A stretch of 64,000 nucleotides of DNA, taken from NCBI GenBank assembly GCA_947166925.1, contig CAMVGD010000003.1:2507-66506 (forward strand), read 5' to 3'. The notes under the pieces are model-generated. The model searched no databases, was not told the origin of the DNA, and worked only from the letters and a program-made list of their open reading frames with translations. Origin of the DNA: an uncultured Clostridia bacterium. Lineage in GTDB: Bacteria > Bacillota > Clostridia > Christensenellales > CAG-138. Positions 9,193-16,806 of this stretch are shown here, one piece after another. Made by a program: the position numbers and the translations under genes. Numbering within the stretch: the first letter of the stretch is position 1; every line of letters begins with the position of its first letter.

Positions 9193-9516
9193 TCATTGGA
9201 TCAGCTTATCGATGGCGTGTTCCAGCTCCTCGATCGCGTCCTGATCGTTTGATTCGACCGCATGCACGATGCAATGCTCAAGATGATCCTTTAAGATTAT
9301 GCGGCTGATCGAGCCGAGTGCCGATCGTACCGCGGCGAGCTGAATGAGTACGTCCGAGCAGTCGCGTCCGTCTTCGACCATGCGCTTAACGGATTCAAGG
9401 TGCCCGATCGCGCGGGAGAGACGGTTCAGGACGTCCTTTGTGTTTGTGTGCTGATGCAGATGTTCATGACGATCGGAAACGGCGTCATGGGGGTGTTCAT
9501 GCGGGGTTTTTTCCAT
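9193..9516 (-). CDS. CsoR/RcnR-family metal-sensing transcriptional repressor with a His-rich N-terminus
   Basis: DUF156 pattern NRLSRAIGHLESVKRMVE, with ligand positions C...H..C (DCSDVL, LEHC). N-terminus is HEHPHDAVSDRHEHLHQH. Confidence 0.8.
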   Translation of the reverse strand: MEKTPHEHPHDAVSDRHEHLHQHTNTKDVLNRLSRAIGHLESVKRMVEDGRDCSDVLIQLAAVRSALGSISRIILKDHLEHCIVHAVESNDQDAIEELEHAIDKLIQ

Positions 9517-10702
9517 GTGATTCGATCTCCTCTTTTGAAAGCGTCGCCGCTTCGGAGAGCGTCAGGTCCCGCTCCCTTGCGATCCGCGCAAGGTCTTCGT
9601 ATTCAGGCTTGCACCGCTGGACTCCATATCCTTCGGAGCGTTTGACGTGAACGGTTCCGAAACGGGTTTCGTGTGATTCGATCACACGCGACAGTACATA
9701 GCGATTCGTTTCTGTCTCGCGTACGCCGAGCGTCGACGTGTGCCGGAAAAATGCCGAAAGGACTGCGGCTTTTTCGCCGCGCCTTACGATCGCGCGGATC
9801 AGCGTGCCGGGACGGCTCTTTTTCATGCCGATCGGGACGGTATACACCTCGACGGCGCCCGCTTCAAACAAGCGTTCAGAGGCAAAGCCGATCTGCTCGG
9901 CCGTCATATCGTCAACGTTGGCGGATAACTCGTACACCGTTTCCGTTCGCTCTGCGTCCGTTTCGCCGAGCATGGCGCGTACACAGTTCGCGGTATCGAA
10001 ATCCTTTGTACCCATGCCGTAGCCGATCCTGCTTGTGCGCATCATCGGCATGGGCCCGAATTGCGTCACGAAGTGCCGGAGAAGCGCGGCGCCGGTCGGC
10101 GTACAAAGCTCGCCTCTGACGTCGCCGCCGTAGATCGGCACGTCCGTCAGAAGGTATGCCGTCGCGGGCGCCGGCACAGGAAGCACGCCGTGCGCGCAGC
10201 GCACCGTGCCGCTGCCGACGTGGACGGGGGAGGCGATCACACGGTCCGGTCTGATCTGCTCCATCAAAAGGCAGAACGCCGTGACGTCCGCGATCGCATC
10301 GAGCGTACCGACTTCGTGAAAATGGATCTCCGCAACGGGGCAGCCGTGTACATGGCTCTCCGCCTCGGCGATCAGACGATAAACGGCAAGCGCGTTCGAT
10401 TTGACGGCATCCGAAACGGCCAGATGCGAAAGGATCGTTTCGATCGAAGCAAGGTCGCTGTGCGCATGATGGTGATGATCGTGCATGTGCGCATGCTCCT
10501 CCTCACCGTCGACGCGCACACTGACATGCGTGCCTTTGATGCCGTTTTTAACCGAAGCCGTCTTCGTATAGACGACATGCGGAATTCCGACGCTGTTCCA
10601 TTCGCGGATCGCGGCGTCGGGATCGGGCAAAAGCTCCAAAAGGGCGGCGCAGAGCATATCGCCTGCCGCACCCATACTGCAATCCAGATATAATGTCTTC
10701 AT
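9497..10702 (-). CDS. larC: Nickel insertion protein LarC (DUF111)
   Basis: N-terminus MKTLYLDCSMGAAGDMLCAALLELL and a His-rich HAHMHDHHHHAH segment, about 400 aa. Internal ATG of track ORF 9497..11302. Confidence 0.8.
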   Translation of the reverse strand: MKTLYLDCSMGAAGDMLCAALLELLPDPDAAIREWNSVGIPHVVYTKTASVKNGIKGTHVSVRVDGEEEHAHMHDHHHHAHSDLASIETILSHLAVSDAVKSNALAVYRLIAEAESHVHGCPVAEIHFHEVGTLDAIADVTAFCLLMEQIRPDRVIASPVHVGSGTVRCAHGVLPVPAPATAYLLTDVPIYGGDVRGELCTPTGAALLRHFVTQFGPMPMMRTSRIGYGMGTKDFDTANCVRAMLGETDAERTETVYELSANVDDMTAEQIGFASERLFEAGAVEVYTVPIGMKKSRPGTLIRAIVRRGEKAAVLSAFFRHTSTLGVRETETNRYVLSRVIESHETRFGTVHVKRSEGYGVQRCKPEYEDLARIARERDLTLSEAATLSKEEIESHGKNPA

Positions 10703-11235
10703 GAGCCGGTCCTCCTGCTGTTTTCCGTAACCCCGGCCTTGTTCAGCGCGAGCACGATCGGCGGGATCAGAACGATGTGCAGAATGATGCCGGGGATCGC
10801 GTTGACGACTGCGCCTGCGAGAAACATCTGAAGCGTGAACGACGGTCCTAGCATCGCCCATTTCGCCAGGCCCCAGACGAGACGGCCGGCGATCATCGCA
10901 GCGATCAGCGAAAGATAAACGCTCCATGGCTTGCGCGGAAGAAGCTGATACAGCAGTCCGGCGACCGCGCCGTATGTGGCAAGCTCGAACGCCATGCTGA
11001 ACGCATCCGGTCCCATGGCGGGCATACCGAACAATGCGGAGCGCAGGATCGGAGCAATCGCGCCGACAGCAAGGCCCCAGGGCCAACCGCACAGGAACCC
11101 GCACAAAAACACGGGGATATGCATGGGGGAGAGGCGTTTCCCGATTTCCGGGATCTGTCCGGTAAGCAGCGGAAGCACCATACAGAGTGCCAGACAAAGC
11201 GCGGCATACACCAGACGCTTGAGATTTCGATTCAT
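10699..11235 (-). CDS. ECF-transporter S (substrate-capture) component, substrate unknown
   Basis: 178 aa with 5-6 TM helices and ECF-S-like glycine-rich helices. The stop overlaps the larC start by 4 nt. Confidence 0.55.
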   Translation of the reverse strand: MNRNLKRLVYAALCLALCMVLPLLTGQIPEIGKRLSPMHIPVFLCGFLCGWPWGLAVGAIAPILRSALFGMPAMGPDAFSMAFELATYGAVAGLLYQLLPRKPWSVYLSLIAAMIAGRLVWGLAKWAMLGPSFTLQMFLAGAVVNAIPGIILHIVLIPPIVLALNKAGVTENSRRTGS

Positions 11236-11304
11236 AGCAGACCTCTTTCTGCGGATACGCACGCCGTGCAAAGCAAAACGGTTCACGGGATGTTTTACAC
11301 AAAT

Positions 11305-11333
11305 AATATAAAGGATTTATACAGGATTGTCAA
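11305..11333 (-). promoter_or_regulatory. Putative sigma-A promoter for the S-component/larC/csoR-like operon
   Basis: Minus strand TTGACA-17 nt-TATATT, leaving a leader of about 65 nt. Confidence 0.6.
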
Positions 11334-11365
11334 ACAAAAAACATGGCGCCGATCGCGGGCGGGGG

Positions 11366-11394
11366 TTGAAAAAACGGCGGGCATCGTTTACAAT
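11366..11394 (+). promoter_or_regulatory. Putative sigma-A promoter for nfnAB
   Basis: TTGAAA-17 nt-TACAAT. Confidence 0.6.
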
Positions 11395-11425
11395 GGGTAA
11401 CAGCAATACCGGAAGGAGCGGTTTC

Positions 11426-12280
11426 ATGTATCGGATCGCAAGCAAAAAGAATCTGAACCCGACCGTCACGCAGATGGAGATCGAGGCGCCGCTGGTGGCG
11501 AACAAGGCGCTGCCCGGACAGTTCATCATCCTGCGTGTGGACGAGGCGGGCGAACGCATCCCGCTGACCGTCGCAGGCACAGACAAAGACCGCGGCACGG
11601 TCAAGATCATCTTTCAGATCGTCGGCGCGACGACCGAGCTTTTGAATCACAAAAACGAAGGCGAGTTTATTCAGGATTTCGTGGGACCGCTGGGCGTTCC
11701 GACGCACACGGAGGGGATCGGGAAGGTCTGCATCGTGGGCGGCGGCGTGGGCTGCGCGATCGCAATGCCCGTTGCGCAGGCGTTTCATGCGCAGGGCGCC
11801 GAGGTCACCAGCATCATCGGCTTTCGCAGCAAGGACCTGCTCATTTTAGAGGACGAGTTTCGCGCCTGTTCGGACCGGCTGATCGTCATGACCGACGACG
11901 GCTCTTATGCGCGCCACGGCAACGTCACCGTCCCCCTGAAAGAGATGCTCGAGGCGGGCGAGACGTTCGATATGATCATCACGATCGGACCGCTCATCAT
12001 GATGAAATTCGTCACGCTGACCGCAAAGCCGTTCGGCGTGCCGGTCACGGTATCCATGAACCCGATTATGATCGACGGCACGGGCATGTGCGGCGGCTGC
12101 CGCCTGACGCTCGTACAGGACGGCAAGCGCGTGACGAAGTTCGCCTGCGTCGACGGACCGGACTTCAACGGCTACGAGGTCGATTTCGACGAGGCGATGA
12201 GCCGCGGACGGATGTACTTTGACTTTGAACGGCGCGCGCATGATGCAGCGTGCAATCTGCTGAAAGGAACGAACGCGTAA
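11426..12280 (+). CDS. nfnA: Ferredoxin-NADP+ reductase-like FAD/NAD-binding subunit (NfnA / sulfide dehydrogenase gamma-like)
   Basis: PGQFIILRV, RIPLTVA and GGGVGCA motifs, with a C-terminal CGGCR [2Fe-2S]-type cluster. Paired with a GltD-like gene. Confidence 0.7.
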   Translation: MYRIASKKNLNPTVTQMEIEAPLVANKALPGQFIILRVDEAGERIPLTVAGTDKDRGTVKIIFQIVGATTELLNHKNEGEFIQDFVGPLGVPTHTEGIGKVCIVGGGVGCAIAMPVAQAFHAQGAEVTSIIGFRSKDLLILEDEFRACSDRLIVMTDDGSYARHGNVTVPLKEMLEAGETFDMIITIGPLIMMKFVTLTAKPFGVPVTVSMNPIMIDGTGMCGGCRLTLVQDGKRVTKFACVDGPDFNGYEVDFDEAMSRGRMYFDFERRAHDAACNLLKGTNA

Positions 12281-13689
12281 TGGCTCTGAATCCGAAAAAG
12301 CATGAAATGCCGACACAGGCGCCCGAGGTGCGCGCGCATAACTTCAGCGAGGTCGCGCTGGGCTATCCCGTGGAGATCGCTCTGGAAGAAGCGAAGCGCT
12401 GTTTGAACTGCAAAAACCGTCCGTGTGTTGCGGGCTGTCCCGTCAACGTCAACATTCCGGACTTCATCATGAAGATCAGGGAAGGCGACTTCGAGGGCGC
12501 GTATCAAATCATCAACGAGACGTCGTCGCTGCCCGCTGTCTGCGGCAGAGTCTGTCCGCAGGAAACGCAGTGCGAAAGCAAGTGCACGATGGGCATTAAA
12601 ATGGAGCCGGTCGGCATCGGCAGACTGGAGCGCTTCGTCGCGGATTGGCACAACGCGAACGTAACGGAAAAGGCGGTCGCACCCGCGCCGAACGGGCACA
12701 GAGTCGCGATCGTGGGCTCCGGTCCCTCGGGACTGACCTGCGCGGGCGATCTTGCAAAGAAGGGATACAAGGTCTCCGTGTTCGAGGCGCTGCACACCGC
12801 GGGCGGCGTGCTCGTGTACGGCATTCCGGAGTTCCGTCTGCCCAAGAGCATCGTCGCAAAGGAGGTCGAAACGCTGAAGGACCTCGGCGTGGACGTGCAG
12901 ACGAATGTGGTCATCGGCAAGACGCTGACGATCGACGAGCTCTTTGAAATGGGCTACGAAGCCGTGTTCATCGGCTCCGGCGCGGGTCTGCCGAACTTCA
13001 TGAATATCCCGGGCGAATCCTTAAAGGGCGTCTATTCCGCAAACGAATTTCTCACCCGCTCGAACCTGATGAAGGCGTATCTGGACAGTCCGGTGACGCC
13101 GATCCAAAAGGGCGGAAAGGTCGCGGTCGTCGGCGGCGGCAACGTCGCCATGGACGCCGCGAGAACGGCGCTGCGGCTCGGCGCGGAGCATGTCTATATC
13201 GTCTACCGCCGCTCGATGGACGAGCTGCCCGCGCGGCGCGAGGAGGTCGAGCACGCGATGGAGGAGGGTATCGACTTCCGGCTTCTCAATAATCCCGTTG
13301 AAATTCTGGGGTACAACAATCCCGAGAATCCGCGCGACCCGAAAAACGGCTTTGTCACCGGCATGCGCTGCATTAAAATGGAGCTCGGCGAGCCGGACGC
13401 GAAGGGCAGACGCCGTCCCGTTCCGATCCCCGGGAGCGAGTTTACGCTCGACGTCGACACGGTCATCATGGCGATCGGGACAAGCCCGAATCCGCTCATC
13501 AAGAACACGACCGCGGGGCTCGAGGTCAATTCGCACGGCGGGATCATCGTCAGCGAAGAAGGACTGACCTCGCGCGAGAACGTCTGGGCGGGCGGCGATG
13601 CGGTCACCGGCGCGGCGACGGTCATCTCGGCGATGGGCGCGGGCAAGATCGCGGCGAAGGCGATCGACGAGGCGCTTTCCGCAAAATAA
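12280..13689 (+). CDS. nfnB: NADPH-dependent glutamate-synthase small-chain-like oxidoreductase (NfnB/GltD family)
   Basis: CLNCKNRPCVAGCP and CGRVCP FeS motifs. Two Rossmann motifs, VGSGPSGL and VVGGGNVAMD. The start overlaps the nfnA TAA. Confidence 0.8.
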   Translation: MALNPKKHEMPTQAPEVRAHNFSEVALGYPVEIALEEAKRCLNCKNRPCVAGCPVNVNIPDFIMKIREGDFEGAYQIINETSSLPAVCGRVCPQETQCESKCTMGIKMEPVGIGRLERFVADWHNANVTEKAVAPAPNGHRVAIVGSGPSGLTCAGDLAKKGYKVSVFEALHTAGGVLVYGIPEFRLPKSIVAKEVETLKDLGVDVQTNVVIGKTLTIDELFEMGYEAVFIGSGAGLPNFMNIPGESLKGVYSANEFLTRSNLMKAYLDSPVTPIQKGGKVAVVGGGNVAMDAARTALRLGAEHVYIVYRRSMDELPARREEVEHAMEEGIDFRLLNNPVEILGYNNPENPRDPKNGFVTGMRCIKMELGEPDAKGRRRPVPIPGSEFTLDVDTVIMAIGTSPNPLIKNTTAGLEVNSHGGIIVSEEGLTSRENVWAGGDAVTGAATVISAMGAGKIAAKAIDEALSAK

Positions 13690-13816
13690 AGACACAGATC
13701 GGAATGACCGCGTTTCGGCGCGGTCATTGACGTGTTTACGAAATGTTTAAGGAGATAACGCAATTCGATTACATCGGCGGTTTATCATGGGCGTATCAAA
13801 ACAAGGGGGCAAACAG

Positions 13817-14713
13817 ATGGAACCAACGAACCGAACGGAGAAACCCGCAAAGCAAAGATTTACCGTCCTGCACGCTTTGGGCCTTTTGCTGATCCTTTGC
13901 GCGGCGGCTGTGATCTGGTTCGGCGTCCATCCGCGGTATCGGATCCTTGCGGCGCCGATCCTTGCGCTCGGCGTGCTTGCGGCATGGAAGCGGAACTGGA
14001 TGTTTTGGATCGTGCTGATCGTGCAGGCAGGCGTCGTCGCCTTCCTCTGGACATTCCCGCAGGCAGGGTACAGGATCGCGTCGATCGTGCCGCTTGCGTT
14101 GATCGCAATGCTTCTTGTGTTCCGCTTCGGAAACAAGCCGCTGAAGATCATAGCGTCGATCCTCATGGGGACGGCGCTCTTGGGACTGCTGATCGTGGAG
14201 ATCCCGATCCTGAAGGCGGCTTCGGAACAGCCGGAACCGGACGCGGACTATATCGTCGTGCTCGGCGCGGCGGTGTACGGAGAAACGCCTTCGATCACGC
14301 TTGAGCACCGGCTCGAGGGCGCGGCGCGCTATCTTACGGCGAATCCGCGCACAAAGGCGGTCGTCAGCGGCGGACAGGGCGCGGGCGAGGACATCTCCGA
14401 AGCCGAGTGTATGCGCCGGTATCTGATCGCGCACGGGATCGCGGAGGAAAGGATTCTGCTCGAGGACATGTCGACCTCCACCAGGGAGAATCTTGCGTTT
14501 TCCAAAGCGGTCATCAAAACGGACGGCGGGAAGACCGATCGCATCGTGCTCGTGTCGAGCGCGTACCATCTTTACCGCGCAAGAAGGATGGCGGAAGCGA
14601 TGGGCATGCATGCCGGAGGCTTTGCGGGATCGGACGGATATCCGATCTACATGTTCGGCATGTACCTTCGCGAGGCGGTCGCCGTGGTGAAGCTTTGGAT
14701 CTTCGGTGCATAG
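13817..14713 (+). CDS. YdcF/DUF218 family protein with an N-terminal multi-TM segment
   Basis: YIVVLGAAVYGETPS...SGGQG...STSTRENLAFS pattern. ATG 13817 has AGGGGG upstream; the track start is 13787. Confidence 0.7.
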   Translation: MEPTNRTEKPAKQRFTVLHALGLLLILCAAAVIWFGVHPRYRILAAPILALGVLAAWKRNWMFWIVLIVQAGVVAFLWTFPQAGYRIASIVPLALIAMLLVFRFGNKPLKIIASILMGTALLGLLIVEIPILKAASEQPEPDADYIVVLGAAVYGETPSITLEHRLEGAARYLTANPRTKAVVSGGQGAGEDISEAECMRRYLIAHGIAEERILLEDMSTSTRENLAFSKAVIKTDGGKTDRIVLVSSAYHLYRARRMAEAMGMHAGGFAGSDGYPIYMFGMYLREAVAVVKLWIFGA

Positions 14714-14727
14714 ATCCCGGAAAAAAC

Positions 14728-14757
14728 GTCCGCAGCGGATGAACTGCGGACTTTTTT
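14728..14757 (+). terminator. Rho-independent terminator
   Basis: gtccgcag-N8-ctgcggac followed by TTTTTT. Confidence 0.8.
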
Positions 14758-14846
14758 GCGGTTTGCAGAATTTTTGAAAATGTTTGAAACACACGGGACG
14801 ACTTGTTCGTTATATAGGTGAACGGCATGAGAAAGGAGGGCAGGAA

Positions 14847-15308
14847 ATGAACGAATTGTATGCGCAGCATTTCGGGGAGCTTGCCCGTTTCTGTACCATG
14901 CTGTGCCGCGACACGGAAAATGGCGCGGATCTTGCGCAGGAGACCTTTTTACGTGCTTTGGAGCATGCGGAACAGCTTGCGGCCTTGTCGCCGCAGGAAC
15001 AGCGTTCCTGGCTCTACCGCACCGCAAAGAACATGTTTCTGGACGAGATGAGGCGAAACGCGCGCTTCCTCAAACGTCAGGAACTGCTCTATGAAGGAGA
15101 AGGCGCGGATGAACCCGGCTATGCGCAGACAGAAGCTTTCCTGCTGCTGGGCAAGCTTCCGCCCGAGCTGCAGACGCTGATCCGGCTCCGGTATCTGGAA
15201 GGCTACAGCGCCAAGGAGCTCGGCGAGCTGTACCATATGCCCCCGGCGACCGTCCGGACGAAGCTCGCGCGCGCAAGACAATTATTGAAAAAGGAGCTAT
15301 GCACATGA
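14847..15308 (+). CDS. ECF-type sigma-70 family RNA polymerase sigma factor
   Basis: Region 2 (DLAQETFLRAL, WLYRTAKN) and region 4 HTH (YLEGYSAKELGELYHMPPATVRTKLARAR). Confidence 0.8.
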   Translation: MNELYAQHFGELARFCTMLCRDTENGADLAQETFLRALEHAEQLAALSPQEQRSWLYRTAKNMFLDEMRRNARFLKRQELLYEGEGADEPGYAQTEAFLLLGKLPPELQTLIRLRYLEGYSAKELGELYHMPPATVRTKLARARQLLKKELCT

Positions 15309-15463
15309 AGACCTTGAAACGGGAGCGGATTCCTTCCGAGTTTCGGGAGGAACGGGAATTGAAAAGACAGATGAGGGAACACCATAAACCTTTCTTCGCT
15401 TTTTCGGCGGGCGACACGCTGCCGCCTGCGGAATATGAAGCGTCAGACCTATTCAGAAGATAA
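15305..15463 (+). CDS. 52-aa highly charged micro-ORF translationally coupled to the sigma factor (possible soluble anti-sigma or partner)
   Basis: ATGA overlap with the sigma stop. AAGGAG lies 8 nt upstream of the ATG. Not in the track because it is under 60 aa. No TM segment. Confidence 0.4.
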   Translation: MKTLKRERIPSEFREERELKRQMREHHKPFFAFSAGDTLPPAEYEASDLFRR

Positions 15464-15480
15464 CATCGGAGGAGAGAATC

Positions 15481-16698
15481 ATGAAAAAGATGATGGTAAA
15501 CTGTGCGGTATGCGACATGCGGAGCGTGTCGGAGGAAACGCTGAAAAGCTATGAGCAGATCGTAGTCAACGCGGCGACGGTGATCGTGACGCCGGAGAAA
15601 AAGGAACTGATCAACCGGTACAATGTAACAATGAACGCGGCGGACGTGATCGAGGTGCCCGCGGGCGAAAACGTGCGCGTCATCAGTCAGAACGGTTCGT
15701 ACGAGCTGACGGCGGACCGCGCGCCGCAGGACGGGGAGACGGTGATCCTGTTTATCAACGGCGTGCTGAATATCGACGCCGACGCTGCGGAAGCGGCTCA
15801 GAAGTATTATCAGATCAACGTAAACGGCTCGGTCACGATGCCGAAAAGCATTTCGGGCAGGCTCAATAATCTGAACGTGAACGGGTCGGTCAACGTCTAT
15901 CCGGACGGCGCGATCCGTTTGAACCGCAACGCCGAGATCGACAGGACCTTCCCGCTTCGCGCAAAAGAGAACGCGCTCTACTGGGCGTTTCGCAGGCTGA
16001 TCTTCACCGACCTCGCGCTCGATACGGAAAAGCTGCGCAACCGGAACGTGCGGTTTGCGGCAAAGACCGCGCTGATCGCGGAATCGCTTGCCGAGACGGT
16101 CGTGCCGATGCTCTCGGAGGACACGGATATCCTGATCGTTCCGGACGGAACGAAGTTCTTCGGCTTCGACGCAAGAATGAATAAGCGGTTCCTCAAGAAG
16201 TTCGGGACAAAGGCGTACATCAACGGCGATCTGACCGTCGAAGAAGACGCCGCAGAGATCCTTCCCGAGATCGAATATCTGTACGTCAACGGCGACGTGA
16301 AGATCCCGCAGACGCTTGCGGACGCGTTCGAGGACGTCGACGCGCACTATGATGAGCTTGTCATCCAAAAGAAGACCGGCAAGATCATCGAGGACCATGT
16401 GCGCGTGACCGTGGACAAGGCGCTGCTCGAAAAGTACGCGGACGGGATCCTGGTGACGGACTGCGCCATGGTGCACATCGCGAAGGACGTACCGTCCGAG
16501 CTGATTCTGGAACGGCTCACCATTGCCGACTGCGCAAAGGTATTCTGTACCGGGGAGCAGGAAGCGGCGGTCGGCGCGGTCTCGAAGGACGTCGCTTCGA
16601 TCGGCGGCGCGGACGAAAGCATGAAAGACGTGCTTACCGGCGCGCTGCATTTGAACCCCGAGTTCAAGGTCATCAACGCTTCGGACTACGTGATGTAA
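15481..16698 (+). CDS. Hypothetical cytoplasmic protein with recurring (I/V)NG(S/D/V)(V/L) motifs
   Basis: 405 aa with no signal peptide or TM. RBS GGAGGA. Motifs FINGVL, INVNGSV, NVNGSV, YINGDL, YVNGDV. Confidence 0.55.
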   Translation: MKKMMVNCAVCDMRSVSEETLKSYEQIVVNAATVIVTPEKKELINRYNVTMNAADVIEVPAGENVRVISQNGSYELTADRAPQDGETVILFINGVLNIDADAAEAAQKYYQINVNGSVTMPKSISGRLNNLNVNGSVNVYPDGAIRLNRNAEIDRTFPLRAKENALYWAFRRLIFTDLALDTEKLRNRNVRFAAKTALIAESLAETVVPMLSEDTDILIVPDGTKFFGFDARMNKRFLKKFGTKAYINGDLTVEEDAAEILPEIEYLYVNGDVKIPQTLADAFEDVDAHYDELVIQKKTGKIIEDHVRVTVDKALLEKYADGILVTDCAMVHIAKDVPSELILERLTIADCAKVFCTGEQEAAVGAVSKDVASIGGADESMKDVLTGALHLNPEFKVINASDYVM

Positions 16699-16806
16699 TG
16701 ACCGACCGGCGGAACATCAAATAAAAGCATCAAAATCGCCCGCGGGTGTTGAACCGGCGGGCGGTTTGTGTTAAGATGGTAAAAAATAACCATAGGGGGA
16801 CAGGAT

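Noticed and set aside
11236-11304. Possible riboswitch (e.g. preQ1-type) in the leader of the ECF S-component gene
   Set aside because: The leader is only about 65 nt with one modest stem. I cannot match it to any riboswitch consensus from memory, and the S component does not look clearly QueT-like. It would need an Rfam cmscan; not reported as a feature.
14785-14812. TGAAAC -35-like hexamer upstream of sigma genes (also at 48639 and at 20495-20500 on the minus strand) as a shared ECF promoter
   Set aside because: A 6-mer is expected about 30 times by chance in 64 kb on both strands. The downstream -10-like elements (CGTTA vs AGTCA etc.) do not agree, so the evidence is insufficient.
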